Origin: Zygophlyctis sp. KS116
Taxonomy: Eukaryota > Fungi > Chytridiomycota
NCBI GenBank assembly: GCA_054661495.1
Contig: BAAFSQ010000019.1
Span: 30,001-62,000 of the forward strand
Direction of reading: 5' to 3'
Length of the DNA: 32,000 nucleotides
Shown here piece after piece: positions 1 through 12,000 of this stretch. The stretch's first letter is position 1. Each line of letters starts with the position of its first letter. The notes under the pieces were generated by a model. The model was not told where the DNA came from, did no database searches, and saw only the letters and a program-made list of their open reading frames with translations. A program made the position numbers and the translations under genes.

Positions 1-1432
1 AAAAGCAAAAAGTCAAATAGAGTCTCAAAATTGTACACTGCTGAAGTATTTAACTCCAGTCCCCTCTCCATAAGTACAGAATTGAAACCAAGAATGGGTG
101 ACAGTATTCAAATGCAGAAATCATCAGAAACTCACTCTGAAGAAAAATATTTGCCATTGGCAGATTGTGATATTCATGACGGCTTGGAAGATGTTGAGGA
201 CAATAATGAATATGATCTCCCTTTAGAATTAGAAATGGCTAAACCTAAAAAGGAGAATGTTATAATAACTAATTATTCGGGAATGAAGCAACTGTTAAAG
301 ACCCCTATGGCGTTTCATCAAAAAGATGCTGATCTTTCTGGTTTGTCATCACTTTTTGATTCTCCCAAACCCATTGTACCAAAGATTAACTCTCCAGTCG
401 TTTCTAAAGGATCAGAATCTCCTATTTTATATAGTGGAGTGCGCAAACTCGTTCAGACACCAAAGCCCGATCTACCAGTATCTTATCTTGGAATCAAAGA
501 GCTTGTGAAAACACCTCAACATGCCTCTATTGTATCTCTAGTTGGAGTCAAAGAGTTGGTTCAAACTCCCAAGGATGGTGACGTGATATCTCTTGTAGGA
601 CTTAAAGAAATGGTCAAAACACCAAAGCCAGCTCATATCACCTCTCTTGATGGCGTAAAGGAGCTTTTGGAAACTCCTTCAGTTTCCAATAAGAGTTTAA
701 CCGTGGAAAGCCAAGACAAACCTACAGTTTCTAAATCTATAAAGTCTACACAAGCAGTTAAACCAAGGGAATCAATCCCTTCTACCTTTGAAAAAACTCA
801 GATGCCTACGGATCCCGAGCCTTTAATTCATCCCGCCCCAACAAGAATGACCCGATGCCGAGTCAAGGCAATAATTGAAAACCAGGAAAAAGACAAGGAA
901 GAAAAGGAAAAAGAGCAAGACATGCAAGTTTTAGAAAAGACTGTCAAGGTAATTTATTATAAACTAATCCCAGCCATCTAAACTTAAAGTCCCAAAGGAC
1001 CTTAGTATTCCTGCGTCATCATTTTATGGCACAGCAAAAAGCACTGATATATTAGGGCAGACTAAAGATCCGATAATTATTGTCAAGGACAAGCCCAAAG
1101 ATCCCATAATTATTGTCAAGGACAAGCCCAAAGATGAGACCATTAAAAAAAGAACCAAGAAGGAATCTAAAATCCCTTGTGCTCCTAGTATCAAAAAAGT
1201 AGAAGATGTAATTGAAAACCAATCTGAACCTAATTTAACAAGACGTACTACAAGAAGAGCACGTGTTTTACAAGAATCTAATGAAATTGCAAAAGACCTA
1301 TCTTTGCCTGATAAGCAGACTCTAGCAGAAGATCCTGTAGATAAAACGTCTGTAGTAGTAGAAGAAGAAGTCAAATCGCGTAAACGCAAATCGCCAGAAA
1401 ACAGCGTGCGACGATCATTACGCCATCGTTAA
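1..1432 (+). CDS. 3' part of a low-complexity protein with Ki-67-like G-[VIL]-K-E-[LM]-[VL]-x-T-P repeats (5' end outside window)
   Basis: Frame is open from base 1. A 25-nt intron at 949-973 (gtaatttattataaactaatcccag) joins to a second exon ending at TAA 1430-1432 (...SVRRSLRHR*). Seven G-x-K/R/S-x-L/M-x-x-[TS]-P motifs are present. Confidence 0.7.
436..678 (+). repeat. Five in-frame 54-nt (18-aa) degenerate repeats encoding GVKELVQTP-type motifs
   Basis: Motif Gly codons at 436, 490, 544, 598 and 652, an exact 54-nt period: GVRKLVQTP, GIKELVKTP, GVKELVQTP, GLKEMVKTP, GVKELLETP. Two further copies at 280 and 340. Confidence 0.9.
1064..1135 (+). repeat. 33-nt in-frame tandem duplication (KDPIIIVKDKP x2)
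   Basis: 1064-1096 and 1097-1129 differ at one synonymous base. A partial third unit occupies 1130-1135. Confidence 0.95.
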
Positions 1433-1439
1433 GATTAAT

Positions 1440-2070
1440 ATGAGTTCTACAATTGTTTATAACCAATGCATGAAGAAGTTGGATGAGTTGAAGAATCTAT
1501 TAGAAGAGAATGCATCTATTCCTATTGCCACTGCCTCCCTTGATTCTTTACAGCAGAGTATTGGAGATTTACAAAAGTTTGCCAAGAGTGAAGTCGATGC
1601 ATCAAGGAGAGAAATTGGACTTTTAAGAGTCAAGAAATTACAACAGGAAGCTGGAGTCTTGCAAGAATCAATCAATTTATTAAAAGCCAAAGCCCAAGAG
1701 CGAATATCACTGGAACGGAATAGTCTTTTGGGTAAATTTGAAGAGTCTCCATCAACCATTCTTGATATTGATTATTTTAACAAGGAATCTGGAATCCTTG
1801 ATGCATCTGGAGACAGAATAGAAGAATTTATTGGACTAGGAAAGACTGCATTACAAGATTTATACGAACAAAGGAGCATGTTAAAAGTAATTTTAGTTTT
1901 TAAAGGAATAGTCTACTAGAAGAAGACTACTGGATGCTGCTCATACACTTGGACTATCAGGGTCTGTTATAAGATTTATAGAACAAAGGACAAGAACAGA
2001 TCAGTATATATTATGGGGAGGTATTTTAGTTTGTATCAGTATTATGGTTTTAATAGTTTATTATTTCTAA
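1440..2070 (+). CDS. BOS1: ER-Golgi Qb-SNARE Bos1/membrin (GOSR2)
   Basis: 25-nt intron 1887-1911 restores LYEQRSMLK|STRRRLLDAAHTLGLSGSVIRFIEQRTRTDQYILWGG followed by a C-terminal TM helix, typical of Bos1/GOSR2. Confidence 0.85.
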
Positions 2071-2113
2071 TATGTAATACAGTTTGAGTTTTTAGAAAAT
2101 TTGATTGTGGAAA

Positions 2114-3611
2114 ATGGAAAAATCTCTACTCAAACTACAAGAGAAATTAAAGTCATTCAAGAGATCTAGATTCTCACAGTCTTCTTTAGAAATCTCTAAA
2201 AAGATTACAAAACAAAAAATAGTGTCTCAAGAGAGAATAAATCTATTAACAAGGGATTATTTAATAATTAATGAAAAAAAAACTTTAAAAAAAAGAGTTT
2301 TATCAGATATTCTAAAGCATTTATCTTGGGTATCAAGTCAAATTTCTAAAAATTCTGCAAAAATTAAATATAAAAATGTGGAAATTAGAGATCAGGGATT
2401 TACAAAACCAAAAGTTCTCATCATTACACCTTTGAAATCTACTGCTTACTCTATTATTCAAGATTTAATTTCTATTTACTCTAAACAGTCAGAGTCTTCT
2501 CCTGAAATTAGGTTTAGGAGCAGGTTTGAAGAGGAATATTCAGCCCCAGAAGAACCCCTAAAAGGAGATAAACCACGTGACTTTGAAGAGGTGTTTGGAG
2601 GAAACAATGATGACTGTTTTAGGATGGGTATCAAGTTTTCAAAAAAAGTTATTGGACTATATTCAAATTTTTATGCTAGTGATCTTATTATAGGGTCTCC
2701 TTTAGGTCTAAGAATGGCTGCATCGTCAAAAGATGATTTAAATTTTGATTTCTTATCAGGAATAGAAATTCTATTTGTGGATCACTCTGAAATTTTGCTC
2801 ATGCAGAATTGGGAACACGTTCTCTTGATTTTTAATAATTTAAATTTGATTCCTAAAGTTGATCATGGAGCGGATTTTTCAAGAATTAGAGACTGGGTTT
2901 TGGATGGTTACTCAAAGTATATGAGACAGACTATTATTTTGTCAAAATATGCTACTCCAGAGCTATCAAATTTAATGAATAATCATTGTTTTAACATTGA
3001 AGGTAAGTATTATTCTCTAAAAATAAGGAAAAGTTCGAAATGTTCAGAGTTTTGATGGTTCAGTACTAGATGTCGTAGGTCAAGTTCCGCAGGTCTTTTA
3101 TCGTTTTAATCCTCTCTCCATTCAGGAAGATCCAGATGCTAGATTCAAATTCTTTTTTGATAAAATTATGTCAAACGTGAAACAATCAGCGCTTTTGCAA
3201 TCTCATACGTTGATTTTCATTCCAAATTATTTTGATTTTACAAGAGTCAGATCTTTTTTCAAGGAAGAAATGATCCCCTTTGCTAAATTGTCTGAATATA
3301 CTTCAAATCCTGACATTTCAAGGGCTCGTGGAGATTTCTTTCATGGTGGAGTTGGGTTCTTGTTAATGACTGAGCGATTTCACTTTTATAAAAGATATCA
3401 GATTCGTGGGATCAAAAATATTATTTTCTATGGCTCTCCTATGCATGATCACTTTTACTCGGAATTAGTTAATTTCATTGAAGATCCGATGGATGCTACA
3501 ATCATGACTATCTATTCACGATATGATAAAATGGCTCTGGAAAGAATTGTGGGTACAAAGAATGTAGAAAGAATGCTTAAGGGGGAAAAAGATTCTTACT
3601 TATATTCCTAA
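2114..3611 (+). CDS. UTP25: U3 snoRNA-associated protein 25 (Utp25/DEF)
   Basis: Motifs RDQGFTKPKVLI, GNNDDCFRMGIK, SDLIIGSPLGLR, MQNWEHV and TERFHFYKRYQIRGI. 25-nt intron 3003-3027 joins the two ORFs in frame. Start codon inferred. Confidence 0.92.
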
Positions 3612-3707
3612 GATATCAATCTCATAACTGGTTTCATACTTTAGACTTAACTAGATAGTTGCCATAGTAAAAAAGCATTCATTTAATTATTTTTTTCCAA
3701 ATTGATT

Positions 3708-6700
3708 TTAAGAAGATACCAGGACACGAGATCGCCCAACCGCTTCTTTAGAAATACTTTTTTTAGTTTTAGGGGTTTCGCCATTTCTTTGAGTGATTCT
3801 CTAGAATTTTAGAATCGGAATTTCTTACATCAACTGTACTGACACCGTCTCTAAATTTTGTTCGGAAAAGGACATTTGCATTATTGAACATTCCATCTTT
3901 GAGCGACACAACAATGAATTGTGATCCTTTAAACCTTGTTCTCAGCAGATTTCCAATGTTTTGAGTATGGGAAAGATCCAATGCAGAGTCCACTTCATCC
4001 AATATATACATAGGGGCAGGCTTAAATTGAAGCAAAGACAATATTAACGAAAGAGCTATCAATGATCTAAAATATAACTATCTAAATATTTACCGCTGCC
4101 CACCACTCAATTCGGTTAAACTTTGCTTCCAAACACCTCCAAGACACACCTTAACTTCTAGTCCTTCAGTTATGTCTTTTCCTTCGATTGGTTCTAGCTT
4201 AGCAGAATTTCCTGGAAGTAAATCACCAAATATATTTCCAAAATCTGTATTTACTTGTCGCCAAGTTTTCATCAAGGCTTCACGCTTATACTCTTCTAAA
4301 GATGAAATTGTTTCCTCAATTTTTTTCTTGTCTTTCTTAACTGTTGAAAACATTTGCTTCAAAGAAGATTCTTTTTTCTCTAACCTTGGCCGTTATTTAT
4401 GAATAACATACCGATCGTATTTTTCCATAACGTCAGAGTCTAAACTTTTACTTAGTTTATGATGAATTTCTTCCATTTGTTGCATTCTTTTCTGACATGT
4501 TTCCATGTTTTGTCCAGAGAAATAGTATTCAGAATCTTTTTTGCCGAAGAGCTGTTTCTGATCTGGGATCCACGGATTATCCTTCAAGAGCGCTGAAATC
4601 TGCCGAGAAGCTATATCTCTATCATTAATTAAATTCTGGCGGTCATGGCCGATCTGTTGAGCTTCTAGTTTGCTGTTTTCAAGCTCCTGTTTTTTAGATT
4701 TCTTTTCTGCCTCAATTTTCGCAATTTCCTTGTCATATGAAGCAATAGCTTTCTTTTCATTCTTCAAATCCTTTTCAGCTCGATCGGATTCAGCTTTGGC
4801 GGTTTCTACTTTATTTTCTAGCACCTTTTTTTCTTCATTGAGAGCTTCAATATTTGCATTTGAAGAGGTTTTTATCTGCCTTAGTGATTTTAATTCTATT
4901 TCGCACTGTTGGAATTCATTTTTCAACAAATCGATTTCAAGTTGAATATTAGATATTGTTGGTCCAGCTTCATTAACTGCCTTTTTTTCTTTAGCGATAC
5001 TACTCTTTAATGACTTAAGCTTCGACTCCTTATTATTGGAAAACTCGTTCATTTCTTTAGTAATTCTTTTACATTCCTTAGATGCATCCGATTGTCGCCT
5101 TTTGATTTCTGTCAATGCTGTCTGCTGATCTTCCAATTGTTTTTTCAATTCCTCGAAATGCTTTATTGCCTGTTAAATATTATTCAAGAACGATTCACCT
5201 GAGCATTTGCGTTGGAAGCTAATCGTTCCTCCAGAAGTTTAAGGGAATGCTCTTTCAGTTCAAGTTTTTGTTCGAGGCTGTAAAAATACTTAGATATGCC
5301 ATCCAATTCATCAAGTTCACGATTACAGGAGTCTAAAAATCTCTGTGTTTCTCGCATCTGGGCTTTGAGGGATCTCAATTCACCAGTTTTTAGTAAAATA
5401 CCACCAGAATTGGATCTAGAGCCGCCCGAAAGATTCCCGGATGGATCGTATGTATCCCCATCCAAAGTCACCGAGCGCATTCGAACATCTTTATGGAATG
5501 TAACAGCTTTTGCAGATGCTGGATCTAATATAAGTACGTTCTGTAACTTACCTTTGCAAATAAGCGTAGACCCAAATATAAAATTCATGGCTGGCGCTAG
5601 CTCATCGTCATATCCTATCAAATGCAATGCAAGATCTACCGCTCCGGGAGCTACCTTTTTAGCAGCTGCAATACGCTTCTGTTAATTTTCTAATAATCTT
5701 ACTTCAGCTTGAACCTTAAATGCTGAAATCTTATTTAAAGGAATGATTGTGACTCTTTTTTTAAGCTGTCCTTTCTGAAGAAGTTGCGTACCAATTACTT
5801 CCGATTCGACGACCACATTGTACAGACGCCCTCCGGCACAAACTTCTAAAGCCACTGCAGAGTTTTTACTGCCTTGAGGAATATCAATTAATTCTGCAAC
5901 CAATCCTTTAACCTTTCTTCTATCAAAATTCGGAGCAGGATCAGAATAATTGAACGAAAGTCCTTGCAAAGACCTTTCTAGGCTTTCTAGATTCTATATT
6001 TAGAGTCGATAAATATACTCTTTCTAAATTATCTAGAATATTTTCATTTTTTAGAATGTTTTCCTTTAACTCTGCTTCCCGAGCACTATTAAAATTCAAA
6101 GACTGAAGTTCCGCCTTTAATTAATAAATCATTATGTAAACCTTTGTATCTGCAATAAGCTTTTTTGATGAACTGATTTCTTTTATCAGACCCTCATTTT
6201 GCTTTTCGGCATTCTGAAGCTTTGGGGCATATGAAGAAATCTCTTTCTTCAAATGATCAATTTTCATTTTAGTCTGTTCAATTTCTGATGCAGCCATACT
6301 TTCAATCTTTTTGGCTTCTATCGATAAAAAAATATCACGAAATACCTTTCAATTGGTCCATATATCCATTATCTTGGCCTTCTGATCCTGCGAGTCCCAC
6401 GGTTAATGTTTCTAGTAATTCTTCTGATTTCTGTAATTCCTTCACCTTTTGTTCATATTCTATTTTGGTTTGGCAAAAGTCAGATTTTCTTTGTTCATAA
6501 ATAGCCATACTCTTATTTCTGTTCTTGTTCAGTTCCTCTTCTTGAGTATCCAATGTAGCTATACAGTTTCTTTCCTCTGATATAGATGCGAGGGTAATAT
6601 CCAGTTTTGTTTGTAATGTAACTACCTCATTTGAACATTCCTTAAATCTAGATTCGAATTCTGCATACTTCCCTCCATTTTTAGACCGTGTTTCAATTGC

Positions 6701-7625
6701 ATCATTGAACTTTGACTCTAAGTCTTCTAAATCCTGGTTCAAATAATCCTGAATACTAATAATTTGGCTGGATCTGGTTTCAAGAGCCATTAAGCCATTC
6801 TCCTTAGCGTTGAATATCTCCTAAAATTTAAATTAACAATCCTACTTCAGCATTTTTAAATTTAAAAGCAGCAATAAACCGTTTCAAATGTCCCAATTCA
6901 TTATCCAATTTCTGATATTCCAAGAATGCTCTCTTTGATTCTCTCAGTTTATTAAACTTTGGCGTGATTTCATTTTCGAGAATCTATGCATTATTAAATT
7001 AAATTACTTTTGTAATTTCTGCCAGCTTTGAATCTTTTTTTTCCATAGTCTTGTGAGCTTTCTCTTTTCTATCTTCAAACATTCGTGTTCCAGCAGCCTC
7101 TTCAATCATTGCAAGTATTTCTGGAGGTTTCATATTTAGCACCTATTGGTTTATTCTATCAGTAATTACTTTTGTAATTTTCCCTTGCATAATTAGAAAA
7201 TGTGGATTATTAACATTTAGACCAACAGAACCAAACAAATTCGCAACATCTTGCTGGTTTTTATTGTGTCCATTAACAATATACTTGTTCCTTCCTCCAA
7301 TAATTATTTGTCGAGTAATAGAAATCTGTTTTGCATTTTCATAACCAATTGGTGATTTTTCTCTATCATCATTATTAAAAACTAGAGTCACTGACGCCTT
7401 GCTTATTCCTGCCTGTCCTTTTTTGTAAACCAAGTCTTGCAGAGAAGTAGCACGAACATGCGCCAATGACGAAATTCCCAAAACAAAACAAATGGCGTCC
7501 AGAATATTAGATTTTCCACTTCCATTGAGTCCTGTAATTGCATTGAATTCTTGGTCCCATCCAGAGACTGACGTTCTTGTTGCATAAGACTTGAACCCGT
7601 CAAGAATGATCTCTTGAATGAACAT
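3708..7625 (-). CDS. SMC2: Condensin subunit SMC2
   Basis: Walker [21 protein letters not shown]|VLNMKPPE, hinge [24 protein letters not shown]|SL and [11 protein letters not shown]. Twelve introns: 7143-7169, 6984-7007, 6821-6845, 6318-6345, 6115-6141, 5994-6018, 5679-5702, 5525-5551, 5170-5198, 4385-4411, 4067-4093, 3801-3828. The last intron is less certain; without it the CDS stops at 3769. Confidence 0.96.
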
Positions 7626-7828
7626 CTGCTTCCGAAAGATTAAAAATCCAAATCTGATATATAATTCAACCGCATCGATCCATAATTCAGCTACATAAAG
7701 ACAATTGATGACATTGAAACCGTTCAGAGCAGTATTTGAATTGGTTGAAATTATCCCAAAAACGAATGTCCGAATCTAACGATCAGTAAACTCAACAAAA
7801 GACCAATAAAGGTTTTTGTTCAGGTTAA

Positions 7829-10800
7829 ATGGACTTTTACATTGACAGAGGAGGAACATTTACTGATCTTATTGCTTATGATCCAGACTCGGATAACTTT
7901 ATCACTTTAAAATTGTTGTCTGTAGATCCATTGAATTATCCCGACGCTCCAAGAGAAGGAATAAAACGGATTCTAGAGTCGAAATTTGGGAAAATTAATG
8001 GGCAAGTTCCCACTAAAATGATTAGACGGATCAGAATGGCAACAACTGTGGCTACGAATGCATTATTGGAGAGAAAAGGTCAAAGAGTTGCGCTATTAAT
8101 TACCAGAGGATTTGGAGATGCGTTGGAAATAGGGAATCAGGCCAGACCACTCATCTTTGATCTTGATATCAAATCTCTAGAATTACTCTATGAAAGAGTA
8201 TTACAAGTAGATGAGCGTGTTTTACTCCTTGGCACTATGGATCAAAAGGATGATTCTGATTGTGTAAAAGGTGTTACAGGAGAATGGGTTAAAATCTTAC
8301 AATCTCCATCATTAGATCAGTTAAAACCTCAACTTTTAGAATTAAGAAACTCGGGAATAACGTCAATTGCCATATGTCTTATTCATTCTTTTACTTTTTC
8401 AAAACATGAAATCATGATTGGGGAGCTTTGTAAGGAGATGGGATTTGATCATGTGACATTATCCTCCAAGATAATGCCAATGATTAAATTGATTCCTCGG
8501 TATGATTTATAACCCTTATTTTTAAGAGGTAACTCGGCGTGCGCTGATGCATACTTGACTCCAACGCTACAAGCTTATATATCTAGTTTTTTTTCTGGAT
8601 TTGACTCAGGGATTGACTCGGTAAAGGTAGAATTTATGCAGGTAATGAATTCTTTTGATTTTTAGTCTGATGGAGCTCTCGCTCCTGTTTCTGCTTTTAC
8701 TGGATTTCGTGCTATTTTGTCTGGACCTGCAGGGGGTGATTTATTTTTTCACTCATCTATCAGGAGTTGTTGGATATGCAAAAACATCTTTTCAGTCTGA
8801 TAAAGGTCCGGTAATTGGGTTTGATATGGGTGGGACTTCAACAGATGTTTCACGGTTTGATGGTCAGTTTGATAAGGTCTTAGAAACTACGACAGCTGGA
8901 GTCACTATTCAAGCGCCTCAATTGGATATTCAAACAGTAGCTGCTGGAGGAGGTTCGAGGCTTTTTTTTAGAAATGGAATGTTCTTGGTTGGTCCAGAAT
9001 CTACAGGGGCAGATCCTGGGCCTGTATGTTATAAAAAGGGCGGTGATCTGGCTATTACTGATGCCAACTGTAAAATACTTTCATTTGATTCTTAGTGATT
9101 CTGGGCCGACTTTTACCGGAATATTTTCCCAAAATATTTGGAAAAACTGAAAGGGATCCACTAGATATCAATGCCACAAAAATGGCATTTGATGTTTTAT
9201 CACAAAGTATCAATCTTTATTTAAAGGATACTAATCAAAACCAGTCACTAACAGTGGATGAAATAGCATACGGATTCATTAGAGTTGCTAACGAGGTAGA
9301 TATTTAAACTTTTTCTAAGCCAAGGCAATGTGCCGTCCTATTCGAGCATTAACTCAGAAAAAGGGATATGACACTAGGGATCACATTCTTGCGTGTTTTG
9401 GTGGTGCTGGTGCTCAGCATGCTTGCGCGATAGCAAAGATACTAGGAATTCAATTTATTCTGATACATAAATATAGTGCTGTACTATCTGCATATGGTTT
9501 ATCATTGGCTGATGTAATTCACGAAGTTCAAGAACCTTGCTCTCTGATTCTGGATGATGCAAACTTAACGGAACTAAAACAAAGAATACAGATTCTTACA
9601 GAAATGTGTTCTCAAAAGATCGAATCCATGGGGTCAAGTAAAACTGTAATTTTTGAAATCGTTCTGAATCTGCGGTATGAAGGAACAGACTCTAATGTGA
9701 TGATTCATAAGCCTCTCGACTCTTGGAATTTCAAATCTATTTTTACTGAAAAATATAAAGGCGAATTTGGATTTACTCTTCCCGAACGAGAAGTTTTAGT
9801 AGATGATATTATTATCAAGGGCATTGAAAAATGTATTCATGCCGATGAAAAATTAGGTGTTTATCATGAAATCGATACTATCACTCGCAGGAAAGTATTA
9901 TCGCATCATTCATCACTTATAACCTCTGCTTTTTGGGAAAATGGTCGAATAGATACGCCTGTTTTTGAGCTAAAAAAGTTGAATTTGGGTGATGAAATTC
10001 ATGGACCGGCTTTGATTGTCGAGTCTAAGTCGACAATAACATTAGAGCCTGGCTGCATCGCCCTTATAACAAAGGAGCATGTTGTAATTCAAGTCGGATC
10101 TTCCTCGAAAAAGATAAAATATAGCTGTGATTTGGATCCGATTCAATTAAGCATATTCGGTCATCGCTTTATGAGTATTGCAGGTAAGTGGTTATATTGA
10201 ATGATTTGTAGAACAAATGGGATTCACCCTTCAAAAAACGTCTATCTCAACAAATATAAAAGAAAGATTAGATTTTTCATGTGCTATATTCGGACCTGAT
10301 TCGGGACTGGGTAAATTTTCTTTCTTATGCTAGTTGCAAATGCACCTCACATTCCAGTTCATCTGGGCTCAATGCAAGAAGCCGTAAAATGGCAAATGGA
10401 TTTTCTCAAAGGGGATATCCAAGAAGGTGATGTTTTAGTCACAAATCACCCCGCTGCCGGAGGATCTCACTTGCCAGATATAACAGTTATAACCCCTGTT
10501 TTTGATAATGGATTAATTGTTTTTTTTGTGGCGAGCAGAGGTCATCATGCTGATATAGGAGGCTTGGCAGCAGGATCTATGCCGCCTAACTCAACAGAAT
10601 TATTCCAGGAAGGTGCTGCAATTAAAAGCTTTAAGCTTGTTCGGAATGGCCATTTTGATGAGAAAGGAATTACCGATATTCTATCAGTCGAGCCTTCCAA
10701 ATTCGATGGCTGTAGCGGGACTCGAGCCTTGAAAGATAACATATCAGACCTTAAAGCGCAAGTGGCCGCAAATCATCATGGTATTCTGTTAGTTAAGGCT

Positions 10801-12000
10801 TTGATTAAGGAATATGGTATTTATTAGGAAGAAATAACTGAAGGGATCGACGTAGTGCAAGCATACATGAAACATATTCGCGAAAATGCGGAGACTTGTG
10901 TTAGAGATCTTCTTAAAAAAGTAGCAGCCAATTTGGGAAAGACATTAAAGGGAATAGATTACATGGATGACGGAACTCCAATTTGCCTCACAATTGATAT
11001 AGATACGGAGAAGGGATCTGCGACTTTTGATTTCACTGGGACGGGTGACGAAGTATATGCGAATTGGAATGCACCGAAATCAGTGACTTATTCAGCAATA
11101 ATTTACTGTTTAAGATGCTTAATAAACTTGGAGATCCCTTTGAACCAGGGGGCATTGGTTCCTATTGAAACTATCATTCCAGAAAATAGTATTTTAAATC
11201 CATCTGATGGAGCTGCCGTTGTTGTAAGCTAGTTTACTTTACAAATAGGGTGGGAACGTAATGACTTCACAGCGCCTTTGCGATGTGATTCTAAAAGCAT
11301 TCCAGGCATGCGCCGCAAGTCAAGGCTGCTGCAATAATTTCACTTTTGGAAGAGGTGGAAAGGAAGATAATAGCGTGGATTCATCTGCATTTGGATATTA
11401 TGAAACTATTGGAGGGGGGGCTGGTGCTGGGCCATCGTAAGATTTCTATTGTTTTTAAATTTCTAGATGGCATGGAAAGAGTGGTGTTCATACGTAAGTC
11501 TAAAGATTTATTAATTTTTTAGGCATATGGTATATCAATACATTAAAATATTAGACAAATACTCGTCTGACGGACCCCGAGATTCTTGAACGTCGATACC
11601 CAGTTTACCTGCGTGAATTTGGATTAAGAAGAGGTATTTAATTCTGATCAATTGCTAGGCTCCGGTGGAAGTGGCCTTTATAGAGGTGGTGATGGAATAG
11701 TTCGAGAAATCGAATTCCTGGACCGACTCCATGTTTCAATCTTAAGCGAGCGTCGTGTATTTAGCCCATATGGCCTGAATGGTGGTTGTCAGGGAGAGAA
11801 GGGCGTAAATTATTTGATTAGAAAAGATCCCAAAACAGGAAAGGTTCGTAAAATGAATTTCGGAGGTATCATATTTATATTTTAAATTACTAGGCAAAAA
11901 CTCAACAGTATGTTACCCTGGAGATCGGATCAGAATAGAAACTCCAGGAGGTGGTGGATGGGGTAGAGAAACTTCCAACTCTTCTCAAGGGTTGTCTTGA
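7829..12000 (+). CDS. OXP1: ATP-hydrolysing 5-oxoprolinase (hydantoinase A/B fusion)
   Basis: Motifs [61 protein letters not shown] and TPGGGGWG. Fourteen introns: 8500-8526, 8642-8665, 8736-8763, 9070-9095, 9296-9324, 10184-10211, 10311-10333, 10817-10844, 11224-11248, 11437-11466, 11494-11522, 11530-11554, 11634-11658, 11866-11893. Confidence 0.96.

Noticed and set aside
436-1135. CRISPR-like or non-coding tandem array
   Set aside because: The 54-nt and 33-nt repeats are in-frame coding repeats in a eukaryotic gene.
1024-1759. Antisense ORFs 1024-1389 and 1457-1759, and similar shadow ORFs at 4670-4945, 5296-5685, 15921-16292, 26334-26669 and 31211-31453
   Set aside because: They lie opposite well-supported genes and have no motifs of their own.
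3658-3671. RFX X-box-like GTTGCCATAGTAAA
   Set aside because: One mismatch to consensus, and it lies between two convergent 3' ends of non-ciliary genes.
1-7625. Functional cluster of the Ki-67-like gene with condensin SMC2
   Set aside because: They are separated by unrelated BOS1 and UTP25, and proximity is expected by chance at this gene density.
3708-12000. Fragmented ORFs read as pseudogenes, programmed frameshifts or stop-codon reassignment
   Set aside because: Every break is resolved by a GT-AG segment of 23-30 nt. Long exons have no internal stops, and TAA, TAG and TGA all terminate genes.
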